From: Hyphomicrobiales bacterium | GTDB lineage: Bacteria > Pseudomonadota > Alphaproteobacteria > Rhizobiales > NORP267 | Reading direction: 5' to 3' | Assembly (NCBI GenBank): GCA_021775875.1 | Contig: JAJFHA010000022.1 | Span: 146,298 to 210,297, forward strand | DNA length: 64,000 nt | Part shown: positions 50,932 to 62,904 of the stretch, one piece after another | How positions within the stretch are numbered: position 1 is the first letter of the stretch | Layout: each line of letters opens with the position of its first letter | Notes under the pieces: generated by a model | Seen by the model: the letters and a program-made list of their open reading frames with translations, nothing else | Databases searched by the model: none | What the model was told of the DNA's origin: nothing | Position numbers and translations under genes: made by a program

Positions 50932-52620
50932 TCAATCAGATTTTTTCGCCAGCGCCGCAGCCCTGATCTTGTCGAGGGTAATGTTGGGGGTGATGGCCTG
51001 CGCGTCAATACGGATTTCAATCAAAGCAGCTTTTCCTGAATTGAAACACCGCGCCAGTGCCGGGGCGAACTGGGCGGTTTCCTCAACCAGTTCCCCATGC
51101 GCTCCATAGGCCTTGGCCAAAGCCGAAAAATCCGGGTTTTGCAATTTTGTGGCGGTGATCCGTGCCGGATATTCCCGCTCCTGATGCATCCGGATCGTGC
51201 CGTACATGCCGTTATTCACAATGATGATCAGGACCGGCACGTCATATTGTACAGCGGTCGCTAGTTCCTGACCGTTCATCATGAAGCAGCCGTCACCCGC
51301 AAAAGCGACAACCATGCGGTCCGGGTATATTTGCTTAGCCGCGACCGCCGCCGGCGTTCCATATCCCATCGACCCCGAAGTGGGGCCAAGAAGTGAGCCA
51401 AATGTCCGGTAGCGGAAAAATCGGTTTGGCCAGGATGAATAATTGCCGGCCCCGTTGCAGATAATTGTGTCTTTTGGCAGCTCCGACCGCAGAACCTCCA
51501 TAACCTGACCCATTTGAACAGGGCCTGGAATTGTCGGTGTTTTCGTCCAATCCTCAAATGTTTGATGCGCCGTGTCGCCAGCACCTTGCCACGGGATTGT
51601 GCCGGGCGGAGCCATTTGCTTCAATGCCGCAGCCATTGGCCCCATCGCGGCATTGATACCAAGGGTTGGCTGATAGACCCGGCCAATTTCTTCGGCGCCC
51701 GGATAAACATGCACAAGTTTTTGTTGCGGCACCGGAATATCAATCAGCGAATAGCCGCTGGTCGTCATTTCACCGAGTCGAGCACCCATTACCAAAAGCA
51801 AATCGGATTCTTGAAGCCGCTTCACAAGTTCCGGGTTGGGACCAACACCAATATCTCCGGCAAAACAACGATGTTCGTTATCCATCAAATGCTGGCAGCG
51901 GAAGGAAGCGCATGTGGGCAAATCCCATTTGTCGGCAAAACCCGCGAAATCTTCCGTTGCCGATTGCGACCATCCGCCACCGCCAAGAATGGCGAGGGGG
52001 CTTTTGGCATTTGCCAGCATTTCGGCCAAATGATCCAGATCGCCCGCGCCCGGATGCGCCAGCGCCGGGACAACTTTGTCTGGAATGATGCAGGCAGCAT
52101 ATTCCCGCAACATATCTTCGGGCAGCGCCAGAACCACCGGGCCCGGTCGCCCCGACATTGCGGTATGGAAGGCGCGGGTCACGTATTCCGGGATCCGCTC
52201 GGCGGATTCAATCTCAGCCACCCATTTGGTCATCTGGCCAAACATGCGCCGGTAATCAATTTCCTGAAACGCCTCGCGCTCCGCCATGCCTCGGCCAACC
52301 TGCCCGATAAACAAAATCATCGGCGTGGAATCCTGAAACGCGATATGCACCCCGGCACTGGCATTGGTGGCACCGGGGCCCCGGGTCACAAAACAAATGC
52401 CGGGCCGCCCTGTCAGTTTGCCCGCCGCGTCCGCCATCATCGCCGCGCCGCCTTCCTGACGGCAGACGGTCAAAGCAATATTTGAATCATGAAACGCGTC
52501 GAGTGCCGCCAGATAGCTTTCACCAGGAACACAAAAGGCGTGCTCCACGTCCTGAGCCTCCAGGCAGTCAACGAGAATTTGACCACCTGTTCTAAGGTTG
52601 GTGCCGCTTTTAGATTTCAT
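50932..52620 (-). CDS. Thiamine-pyrophosphate-dependent enzyme (acetolactate synthase-like)
   Basis: VPGESYL, GDG.FMM...NNG.YGTIRMHQE. Confidence 0.9.
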   Translation of the reverse strand: MKSKSGTNLRTGGQILVDCLEAQDVEHAFCVPGESYLAALDAFHDSNIALTVCRQEGGAAMMADAAGKLTGRPGICFVTRGPGATNASAGVHIAFQDSTPMILFIGQVGRGMAEREAFQEIDYRRMFGQMTKWVAEIESAERIPEYVTRAFHTAMSGRPGPVVLALPEDMLREYAACIIPDKVVPALAHPGAGDLDHLAEMLANAKSPLAILGGGGWSQSATEDFAGFADKWDLPTCASFRCQHLMDNEHRCFAGDIGVGPNPELVKRLQESDLLLVMGARLGEMTTSGYSLIDIPVPQQKLVHVYPGAEEIGRVYQPTLGINAAMGPMAAALKQMAPPGTIPWQGAGDTAHQTFEDWTKTPTIPGPVQMGQVMEVLRSELPKDTIICNGAGNYSSWPNRFFRYRTFGSLLGPTSGSMGYGTPAAVAAKQIYPDRMVVAFAGDGCFMMNGQELATAVQYDVPVLIIIVNNGMYGTIRMHQEREYPARITATKLQNPDFSALAKAYGAHGELVEETAQFAPALARCFNSGKAALIEIRIDAQAITPNITLDKIRAAALAKKSD

Positions 52621-52699
52621 ATCTGATCCTGATTGCTAAACCTGCCCGAAGGCACAATTCGTACCCGAATAGAAAATTCACGCAAGGTTTGTGATGATG

Positions 52700-53173
52700 C
52701 TACTCAATCGGGGTGCCGTCTTTGCGGGTAAATTGCGCACCTTCATAACGACCCGCCTTGCAATGCAAATCCACATCCGGGTAATTGCCTTCGTCCAGCA
52801 TATCGCGGCTGCCAACTTCCAGGATTGTTGCAGGTTTATCCGATTTATTCTGAACGCAATGGCCATCCTGCTTGCCAGCCGGAAATCCGGCCACCATGCC
52901 AGGGGTCAATATCTGTTCTCCATCATCGGTCACCAACACAATTTCACCCGATACCACCAGAATGAATTCATCCTCATGGCTGTGCCAATGGCGCAATGCA
53001 GACACCGCACCCGGCGATAATTCTGTGAGATTGACGCCAAACTGCGTGAGTCCGAGCACGGGGCTGAGATTTCGCTTGCGGCGTCCCTCCGTTACCTTGT
53101 CAAACGGAGCCGGATACCCACCCTGGCTTTTCAGTTCTAGGGTTTCCGGATCAAGTGCTGGGCGTTTCAACAT
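52700..53173 (-). CDS. Cupin protein
   Basis: GLTQFGVN..L.PG..S.LRHWH..EDE. Confidence 0.85.
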   Translation of the reverse strand: MLKRPALDPETLELKSQGGYPAPFDKVTEGRRKRNLSPVLGLTQFGVNLTELSPGAVSALRHWHSHEDEFILVVSGEIVLVTDDGEQILTPGMVAGFPAGKQDGHCVQNKSDKPATILEVGSRDMLDEGNYPDVDLHCKAGRYEGAQFTRKDGTPIE

Positions 53174-53259
53174 AAAGTGATATTTCCATTTTCTGGTAAT
53201 TTTGGTTTCCCGGACGATATCATATGCAAACGTCAAAGCTTGTGAGAATGGACAGATAA

Positions 53260-53856
53260 ATGAGCGAATGGTCAGATATAATTTTCACCGACACGATCCG
53301 CGCGGTGCAGGAAAAATACGGCACACGGGATTTTTGCGCCCGGTTGGAGACCAGCGACCGCACGCCCGATCTCAATGAAAATCTGGTGGCTTTTGTTGAG
53401 AGCCGAGATTCCATCTATTTCGCTACATCAACAGCCACTGGCCGCCCCTATATCCAGCATCGCGGCGGCGAACCGGGTTTTATCCGCGTGCTCGATAGTC
53501 GAACCCTCGCCTTTGCCGAATATCCCGGCAACAAGCAATTCATCACTAGCGGCAACCTGGCTGAGAACCCGCACGCCTTCATTTTCCTGATGGATTATCC
53601 CGGCCGCCAACGCCTGAAATTATGGGGGCACGCCGAGATTGTCGACGATCCGGATTTTACAATATCAGTGGGTGACGAAATTCCTGGCCGCCACCAAGCA
53701 GAGCGAGCATTGAAATTCCATATCGATGCCTGGGACCTGAATTGCCCCAAATACATCACCCCACGCTACACCGAAGCCGATATTGCCAAGGCAACAGAGG
53801 CCATGCGCAACCGCATTGCCGAGTTGGAAGCAGAAGTGCTTCGGCTACAAGAATAG
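53260..53856 (+). CDS. Pyridoxamine 5'-phosphate oxidase family FMN-binding protein
   Basis: PYIQHRGG..GF, GNKQFI..GNL, WDLNCP.YITPR. Confidence 0.85.
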   Translation: MSEWSDIIFTDTIRAVQEKYGTRDFCARLETSDRTPDLNENLVAFVESRDSIYFATSTATGRPYIQHRGGEPGFIRVLDSRTLAFAEYPGNKQFITSGNLAENPHAFIFLMDYPGRQRLKLWGHAEIVDDPDFTISVGDEIPGRHQAERALKFHIDAWDLNCPKYITPRYTEADIAKATEAMRNRIAELEAEVLRLQE

Positions 53857-53883
53857 CTGAGATGATCGGCTTGACCCGCGTCC

Positions 53884-54597
53884 CTAGCAGGCATTCTTGA
53901 TATAGGCGTCGCGTGACCCGGCATCCTGCATTTCGTCGCGTACATCGTCCGCGTCGCTTTGCGAATACGGCCCTTCAACGACACAGTAAAATCCGCTGCG
54001 GAAATTGGGGTAAGCCGGGTCGCTGGTATCAATCACAAAGCCACCATACTGGTTGGTGGCCTGTTGCGCCGCGCTTCGGTTTTGGCCACATTGGGCAATC
54101 GCGTACCATCCGCAAGAACCACCATTCTGATTAGCCTGATTACCCTTGCTACCAGCATTGTTGCCGCCACGGTCGGCCAGATCAGCTTCCTGAACAATCG
54201 CCGTATGCACATAGCCATGTCGATATGGCAGGTTCTGATCAGCGGAATAGTCGTCAATCGCCGCTTTTGTCCGGTCGCCGGGAACTCCGTCAACCGGCCC
54301 GACATTATAGCCGTAATCATTCAAAAGCCTCTGGATGCTGCGGACAATATCCCGTGGCAAAGCGCTTAATGATACCTGATCCCGAGACCCGCCGGAATTC
54401 CCCGGCGCAACGCTTTTCACTTCGACAATGGCAGCCTGCATCGCGGCATCAGAAATTCGGGAAGCCGACATAGCATCACCACCAAAATTCCCGGCCTCGC
54501 TATTCTCAAGGCCAAACCCAAGCGCCACAAAAGCCCCGATCACAAACGCCGCGATTGCCAGCCAGCGTCTGGTCGTTCCCGTTATTTTGGCCCTCAT
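53884..54597 (-). CDS. Exported peptidoglycan-binding domain protein
   Basis: IQRLL...GY..GPVDG..G..T..AI; Cys-containing C-terminal domain. Confidence 0.7.
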   Translation of the reverse strand: MRAKITGTTRRWLAIAAFVIGAFVALGFGLENSEAGNFGGDAMSASRISDAAMQAAIVEVKSVAPGNSGGSRDQVSLSALPRDIVRSIQRLLNDYGYNVGPVDGVPGDRTKAAIDDYSADQNLPYRHGYVHTAIVQEADLADRGGNNAGSKGNQANQNGGSCGWYAIAQCGQNRSAAQQATNQYGGFVIDTSDPAYPNFRSGFYCVVEGPYSQSDADDVRDEMQDAGSRDAYIKNAC

Positions 54598-54696
54598 GAT
54601 AGCTCTCCCTTGGTCTGCAGACAGACGGACAGCCTAGACGGTTTCAAATCTGGAACGCAAGGGGAGAGGTGGGCTTCCCGGCTTAGACTCACCACT

Positions 54697-54797
54697 CGTC
54701 TTCCCGGACAGTGTGGGCGCAGCCCATCATCTGATCCGGGACCCAGCACAATATTTGGCGAAGCCTCATCTGGATTCCGGGCTTCGCCGGAATGACG
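54697..54797. repeat. Palindromic intergenic repeat (REP/RPE-like)
   Basis: CGTCTTCCCGG...GATCCGGGACCCAG...CTGGATTCCGG...CCGGAATGACG. Confidence 0.75.
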
Positions 54798-54857
54798 GCG
54801 TTAGGGAACCAGCAAACGTTTCTCGCCTGAAACTAGTCGTTTGAACGAACGGTCAAC

Positions 54858-55256
54858 TTATTGCGGCGCGGTGGCGTTTAGTACTACCAGCAGTGCAACC
54901 CTAGCGAACCATAGACCGGAAAGAAAACATGCCATCGAAATTGCAGCAGCCGCATACGCCGCCCAATGCCAATGCGATGCGCGGTTGTGATTGTTATTTC
55001 CATATTGGAGTTGCGTCAAATATGCACACGTAAAAATTATTGCAGACGATAACGCTCCAACCCCGAGCAAAAACAAAGAACAGCCGATAGCGGAAGAGAA
55101 CTCTTCAGCCTTCGGAACAGCACCAATTTGGTTTCCAACAAACGCAAGGAGCGCAATTGCGCCACCGCCATTGATGAGGAGTAATGTTTTTGCGCCCTCT
55201 ATCGCGTATTTGTGCCCTGCGGTCCAATGTGCATGCCGTTCATCGTTTTCCATCAT
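54858..55256 (-). CDS. Hypothetical 3-TM membrane protein
   Basis: LLINGGGAIALLAF; starts 3 nt after the thiC stop. Confidence 0.6.
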   Translation of the reverse strand: MMENDERHAHWTAGHKYAIEGAKTLLLINGGGAIALLAFVGNQIGAVPKAEEFSSAIGCSLFLLGVGALSSAIIFTCAYLTQLQYGNNNHNRASHWHWAAYAAAAISMACFLSGLWFARVALLVVLNATAPQ

Positions 55257-55259
55257 TTA

Positions 55260-57280
<2,021 letters not shown>

Positions 57281-57329
57281 TGCCTGTATCATGAGGGAAC
57301 AGGCGTCACACATCAAGGGCCGTAACTAA

Positions 57330-59018
57330 TTATTGTGGATCGTCAGATTCGCCCCATGCCGCCAAAGCAGAGGCGATTGCATCTTGACCGGTTTCGCCTT
57401 TTTCAATCACAAACAATCCTCTGCGTTCATTCTCAAATACCGCCGGGATAACGAACCACTTGGCATTCTTGAGAAGATCTATGTTGAACGTGATATCTTC
57501 CGGCTTGTTCGAAAGCCCCATCAGATATTGATTAGGTAAAATCTGAGCCCCGGCACCGCGCAGCGGAACGCTCTGTGACGTTTCGTCAACTCGAGCCATA
57601 AATGCCGGGAAGCTAACGATAGGACCATCGACTTCAGTTTCCCGAGGCGTATAGGTGTAATTGACGGTATGGCTCGCCGGAAGGTCTGTATCGTTATTCT
57701 TTGCAATATCAATCACCAGTCTCGCGCCCGACCTGACCATTTCAGCTTCAATTCTGAGGGTGCCGCCAGAACCGACCAGCAACCAATTGGTGCCGCCATC
57801 CAGACGATCATCTTCAACGCCTTCTTCGGCATTTCCTTCAATCAGGAAAAATGCCTGCGGCCGGGATGGGCCCGTAGCAACCGGCTCCGATACCACAGGT
57901 TCCGCAGATTCCACTGATGCTGCAGGTACCACAGGTTCCACTGATGCTGCAGGTTCCACTGATGCTGCAGGTTCCGCAGGTGCTGCAGGTTCCACTGATG
58001 CTGCAGGTTCCGCAGGCGCGGTCTGTTCGGGCACCACGGTAACATCTTCTTCACCGCTAGATGGCGTATCATCAGTGGCTGGGTTTTCTTCGGCTGGGTT
58101 TTCTTCGGCGGAGTTTTCCTCTTGCGGCAGCGTAACCGGCGTCACGGGCGTGGATACAGGCGCGGCGGGTTCAGGTTCGGTCGCAGTGATTTGTTCTGGC
58201 GCATCATCAGATTGCGGCTGATCTTGCGTATCGGTTTCTGGCGCAGGGATCACATCGGGTTCATCGTCAGCCGTATCGTCATCTGTAGCTTCATCCATTG
58301 GCGAGGACATTGTCGGTTCCCAGAGACCGGTCATTGTACCAATGCTGTCTTTCGCCGAACCGGCATAATCACCAATCACCTGCATCAGAGGCCCGGCATA
58401 CGGCTCAATCTTGTCACGCTGCCAATAACCTAGACTCGCAGCGCCAGCGATGAGCAAAATCAGGATAAGAAAGAATGCCCGCCATCCGCTACGCTTTGGC
58501 GCTTCACCCGTCCGTTCGCCTACATTTGGCGACCGCAATTGCCGAGACATATCGCTCTGAGGTGGTCGGGAATGTGGCGGCGCGGCTGTTGCTGATGCCG
58601 GCCGCATCGGTGGCGCTACATAGGCTCCGGTCGATGGTGTTGGTTCAGGCCGCGTTGGTGCAGAAGGTGGCGTTGCATCATTGTCACCATTTGGCGCAGT
58701 TGGTACGGTTGGCTCTGTCGCAGTTTCACTATCCGTTAGCGGTTCAACCGATGCTGGATCGCTTGTGGCAGAGACCACAACATTTGCCTCAGCTTCAATT
58801 TTGGCAATCGCATCATCAAGTGTTTTGCGATGTTGCTCAGCAATCGGCCCGGCTTTTTCAGGGTCAAGGCCTTCAAGCTGGGTATCCAACACCTTGCGCA
58901 CATGCGCATAAAGCGCCTCGCGTGCCGCAGGGTCATTAATCCCCTGCTGCTCAATTGCACCCGTCAATATCTTGAAATAGTCCGCCATTTTTTGCCGCCG
59001 CAGAAGCCAGAACCCCAC
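57330..59018 (-). CDS. Single-TM envelope protein with acidic Pro/Ala-rich linker
   Basis: ADY...R.ALY..VR..L N-terminus, TM, low-complexity linker, C-terminal PASH...EKG..G domain. Confidence 0.7.
   Translation of the reverse strand: MGFWLLRRQKMADYFKILTGAIEQQGINDPAAREALYAHVRKVLDTQLEGLDPEKAGPIAEQHRKTLDDAIAKIEAEANVVVSATSDPASVEPLTDSETATEPTVPTAPNGDNDATPPSAPTRPEPTPSTGAYVAPPMRPASATAAPPHSRPPQSDMSRQLRSPNVGERTGEAPKRSGWRAFFLILILLIAGAASLGYWQRDKIEPYAGPLMQVIGDYAGSAKDSIGTMTGLWEPTMSSPMDEATDDDTADDEPDVIPAPETDTQDQPQSDDAPEQITATEPEPAAPVSTPVTPVTLPQEENSAEENPAEENPATDDTPSSGEEDVTVVPEQTAPAEPAASVEPAAPAEPAASVEPAASVEPVVPAASVESAEPVVSEPVATGPSRPQAFFLIEGNAEEGVEDDRLDGGTNWLLVGSGGTLRIEAEMVRSGARLVIDIAKNNDTDLPASHTVNYTYTPRETEVDGPIVSFPAFMARVDETSQSVPLRGAGAQILPNQYLMGLSNKPEDITFNIDLLKNAKWFVIPAVFENERRGLFVIEKGETGQDAIASALAAWGESDDPQ
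57895..58016 (-). repeat. 18-bp tandem repeats (PAASVE/PAAPAE)
   Basis: Repeated TGCAGGTTCCACTGATGC / TGCAGGTTCCGCAGGTGC. Confidence 0.85.
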
Positions 59019-59155
59019 ATAAAACGTACCCTGAAATTGCTCGGCCTCGTATCCGCATTTTCAGGCAGACATGCACTTTAGCAATCATATACGATGCCCA
59101 CCAGTCGCAATCAGGGAAAATTAACAAAAGGTAAACGCGCCAGTTTCCAAGCCTG

Positions 59156-60439
59156 TCAGCGCCAGAAATCCGGAGCCGCTAACCGTGACCACCAGCTACC
59201 AGGTTTCACCCGTTCACCGCGCCCGGATTTTTTATCCCAAAGCCGCGCCAGTCCCCGGAACCGACTTGTCGCGAGTTTGAAGAAAAGCCGGTCTGTCCAA
59301 CCTTTATAAGGCCGGTTAAACGGGCATACCCGCATGCAGATCGCGCAATCGGTGCCTATTTTGACCCAATAGCCGAAACATTTCTCACAATTTGCTGTCC
59401 ATTTTCTCACCCCTCGAATATTAGAGCGATTAACCGGCCCGGCTTCGGGTGCCCGAAACGGCAATGCTTTGGGCGGACAAGCGTCGGCGCAAACCGTACA
59501 TTCGTTGCAATATTCGGTGATCCCGAGGCGCTTCGGAATATCAATCTTCAGCGGTAGGTTGGTGAAAATTTTGGAAAAACGAACCCGTGGTCCGTATTCA
59601 GGCGTGATCACCATCTGGTTGCGGCCATATTCGCCAAGCCCGGCCTTGACCGCAAACGGAATAACCAGCCCGGTATCATTCATCGATCCCACAGCCTCAA
59701 ATCCCAGATTGCGGATATAGGAAACCAGTTGGATAACGATTGCTGTCTCGTGGGAATATTCCCGCCCGGTCGCCGCACCCGCCAGAGCGGACGGATAGGT
59801 CTGAACCAGATCATGATCCATCGAATGACCCATCACAATCACATGGGTCATCCCTTCGGGCAGATTATGCGGCACATCCTTGAAACCGCGAATATCGATC
59901 CGGGATTTATAAATCCAGCGCTCGTCATAATCCGTGATGCCAACAAGATCGGCCCCAAATAGCTTGGCCAGATTTTTGATCTCGTGGGTAAAAGCCTGTG
60001 TATCGCCAATTTCAATTTTGGTTTTTGCGACCCGGGACGCTACTTCAATCGGGGCTTGAAACCCTTCGCGTTTCCCTTCACTTGCTGAGCGCGCTGAAAC
60101 CAGATCGGAAATCGACCAGGAAGCATTGCGGAGCGCAATATCCTTTTGCGTGAAACCAGCAGCACGGCGAGGGTAACCCGACCCTTGATGCCCCTTAAAA
60201 AATGCAAAAGTAGCGTCGGACCTTATGCTCTCGTCCCAAAAGGCGCGGGCAAACATATCGTCACGCTGGTTGAAGGGCTCAAAATTCTCGTCCACTTCAA
60301 TGCCCGCCAGAGCATCGCTCTCCGCATATCGCGCCTGCCATGCAGCACGCCTGTCGCTGATGCTGTCTTCAGGTGCCTGATTTGAAGGCCACCCAGCAGG
60401 GGAACCGGTGTCCGGTTGACTTTCCTGATCTCGCGACAA
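59156..60439 (-). CDS. Reductive dehalogenase-like cobalamin/2x[4Fe-4S] protein
   Basis: FGADLVGI, AGLGEYGRN..VITPEYGPRVRFSKIFTNLPL, CNECTVCADACP, C..C...W.....DCAICMRVCPF. Confidence 0.8.
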   Translation of the reverse strand: MSRDQESQPDTGSPAGWPSNQAPEDSISDRRAAWQARYAESDALAGIEVDENFEPFNQRDDMFARAFWDESIRSDATFAFFKGHQGSGYPRRAAGFTQKDIALRNASWSISDLVSARSASEGKREGFQAPIEVASRVAKTKIEIGDTQAFTHEIKNLAKLFGADLVGITDYDERWIYKSRIDIRGFKDVPHNLPEGMTHVIVMGHSMDHDLVQTYPSALAGAATGREYSHETAIVIQLVSYIRNLGFEAVGSMNDTGLVIPFAVKAGLGEYGRNQMVITPEYGPRVRFSKIFTNLPLKIDIPKRLGITEYCNECTVCADACPPKALPFRAPEAGPVNRSNIRGVRKWTANCEKCFGYWVKIGTDCAICMRVCPFNRPYKGWTDRLFFKLATSRFRGLARLWDKKSGRGERVKPGSWWSRLAAPDFWR

Positions 60440-60491
60440 AATTTCACCTCAACCAACAGACTGGAATTCCCAAGACTAGCCGGTGACGAGA

Positions 60492-61784
60492 CTAATCCGC
60501 AAACGGATCATGCACCAGAATGGTATCGTCACGCTCGGGTGAAGTAGACAAAAGTGCAACCGGGCATTCGATCAATTCTTCAATATGGCGAACATATTTC
60601 ACAGCTTGCGCTGGCAATTCAGCCCAGGTACGCGCGCCTGCGGTCGTCTCGTCCCACCCTTCAAGGGTTTCAAAAATTGGCTCCACCCGCGCTTGCGCTC
60701 CTTGGGCGGACGGCAAATGATCGATTTCTTCACCGTCCAGCTTGTAGCCAACACCCACTTTGATTTTTTTGAAACCATCAAGAATATCCAGCTTGGTCAA
60801 GGCAATGCCGTCGATCCCGCTGGTCTTGATCGCCTGGCGCACGAGTACCGCGTCAAACCACCCGCAGCGACGTTGCCGTCCGGTTACTGTACCGAATTCG
60901 TGGCCCCGCTCGCCGAGCAGCCGACCCATTTCGTTATCTTGTTCGGTCGGGAACGGCCCCTGCCCCACACGGGTCGTGTAGGCCTTGGTGATACCAAGCA
61001 CATAATTCAGCGCCCGCGGACCGATCCCGCTACCGGTCGCAGCTTGTGCTGCAACAGTGTTGGAAGACGTCACAAACGGATATGTGCCATGGTCAATATC
61101 AAGCAACATGCCCTGCGCCCCTTCAAACAAAATCCGCCGCCCGGCCCGGCGTTTCTCGTCCAGCAGCTTCCAGCAAACATCCATATAGGGCAGAATTTTG
61201 GGGGCAATATCGCGTAATTGTTCATATAACTGATCGCCATCAATCTCGGCTTCGCCCATGCCTCGGCGCAACGCATTGTGATGCGTCATCACACGAGCGA
61301 TCTTGTCCGGCAGGGTTTTTACATTCTGGAGGTCCATGACCCGGATCGCACGTCTGCCGACCTTGTCTTCGTAAGCTGGCCCGATGCCACGCTTGGTGGT
61401 CCCGATTCGCCCTTTACCGGCTTGCGCTTCACGGAACGAATCCAGTTCCCCATGTAGGGGCAAAATGAGCGTCGCGTTTTCAGCAATACGCAAATTATCC
61501 CTCGATATCGCCACGCCTTGTGCGGCAAGACCTTCAATTTCGGCGACCAGCGCCCAAGGGTCAATCACCACGCCATTGCCAATAACCGCAAGTTTATCCG
61601 GCCTGACAACACCGGACGGTAACAGGCTCAATTTATAAACCTTGCCGTCAATCACCAAAGTGTGACCGGCATTGTGGCCCCCCTGAAAGCGCACCACAAC
61701 ATCGGCGCGTTCAGAAAGCCAATCGACAATTTTGCCTTTGCCTTCATCTCCCCATTGAGAGCCAACAACCACAACATTAGCCAT
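60492..61784 (-). CDS. purA: Adenylosuccinate synthetase
   Basis: [28 protein letters not shown]. Confidence 0.98.
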   Translation of the reverse strand: MANVVVVGSQWGDEGKGKIVDWLSERADVVVRFQGGHNAGHTLVIDGKVYKLSLLPSGVVRPDKLAVIGNGVVIDPWALVAEIEGLAAQGVAISRDNLRIAENATLILPLHGELDSFREAQAGKGRIGTTKRGIGPAYEDKVGRRAIRVMDLQNVKTLPDKIARVMTHHNALRRGMGEAEIDGDQLYEQLRDIAPKILPYMDVCWKLLDEKRRAGRRILFEGAQGMLLDIDHGTYPFVTSSNTVAAQAATGSGIGPRALNYVLGITKAYTTRVGQGPFPTEQDNEMGRLLGERGHEFGTVTGRQRRCGWFDAVLVRQAIKTSGIDGIALTKLDILDGFKKIKVGVGYKLDGEEIDHLPSAQGAQARVEPIFETLEGWDETTAGARTWAELPAQAVKYVRHIEELIECPVALLSTSPERDDTILVHDPFAD

Positions 61785-61971
61785 TTCCGTGTCCTTATTC
61801 CGGATTGCCGGAACCCCCGGCAGACAAGCGAACGGCCCCGCACAATCTGGCAGGGCCGTTGATGATGCTTACAGCAAGCGGCGCTGTTGTCCAAGAAGCC
61901 AAATTTGTTTCTATGGACAAAGGTGCGTTTCGACAGGCATAGAAGAAGCAACACATTTCAAGGTAATTTTC

Positions 61972-62901
61972 ATGCCCAACGAAAACCGGTCTGGTCAATC
62001 AGATCACAGCGCCGCTTATTTCCTGGTGGCTTATTTGCTGGCGACGCTCACCATGGTGCTTTGGTCAGGTAATTGGGTCATTGGTCGCGCATTTCGGACC
62101 GAAATTCCACCGATCACTCTGGCCTTTTTGCGTTGGGGATTAGCCTTCCTGTTCCTGCTCCCTTTTGCATGGCGCGGTGCGCGGCGCGACTGGCCGATTG
62201 TGCGCAAACATTTTTGGCGCATTCTTGGAATGGGCGCGGCGGGGGCCGCGATTTTTCATTCTTTCGTTTATACCGGTCTTCGGTCGACGGAAGCCATCAA
62301 CGGTACCCTGCTTAATTCCATGGGGCCGGTTATCATTGTCTTGATGGCCTGGATTGTGTTTGGCGACACCATCACCCGCCGCCAGGCGTTCGGGATTGGT
62401 GTCTCATTCATTGGCACCATTTTCCTGGTCAGCCGGGGCAATCTGGAAAACCTGCTTGCGCTCAGAATAAATTCCGGCGATATCTGGATTTTGAGCGCCA
62501 TGTTTTTCTGGGGAATTTATTCCCTGCTGCTACGCAACAGTCCGAAAAATATCAGCGGGTTTTCATTGCTGCTTTTCACCAGCGCCAGCGCCGTCACGCT
62601 CCTCGCACCCGGCGTGGTTGTGGAATATATGTTTGGTCACAGGGTGACTTTCGGTCTGCCGGTCTTTGTCGCCGTTGGCTATATCGGCATTTTTGCAACC
62701 GTCATCGCATTCTATTGCTACAATACCGCCGTCGCCCGGATAGGCCCCAGCCAGACAGGTATCGTTATATATCTGCTGCCGGTTTTTGGCACGGTGGCGG
62801 CGATCGTGTTTCTTGGTGAAATCCTGAAACCCTATCATCTGATCGGCTTTGCTATCATCCTGTCGGGCATTTTCCTCGCTACCTGGCGGGTGCGGAAATA
62901 G
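61972..62901 (+). CDS. EamA/DMT transporter
   Basis: WSGN...GR, P..LAFLRW, FLGE.L; ~10 TM. Confidence 0.88.
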   Translation: MPNENRSGQSDHSAAYFLVAYLLATLTMVLWSGNWVIGRAFRTEIPPITLAFLRWGLAFLFLLPFAWRGARRDWPIVRKHFWRILGMGAAGAAIFHSFVYTGLRSTEAINGTLLNSMGPVIIVLMAWIVFGDTITRRQAFGIGVSFIGTIFLVSRGNLENLLALRINSGDIWILSAMFFWGIYSLLLRNSPKNISGFSLLLFTSASAVTLLAPGVVVEYMFGHRVTFGLPVFVAVGYIGIFATVIAFYCYNTAVARIGPSQTGIVIYLLPVFGTVAAIVFLGEILKPYHLIGFAIILSGIFLATWRVRK

Positions 62902-62904
62902 AGC

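Noticed and set aside
51514-52485. 323-aa plus-strand ORF
   Set aside because: Antisense shadow of the TPP enzyme gene
57895-58016. CRISPR-like repeats
   Set aside because: Tandem 18-bp coding repeats without spacers
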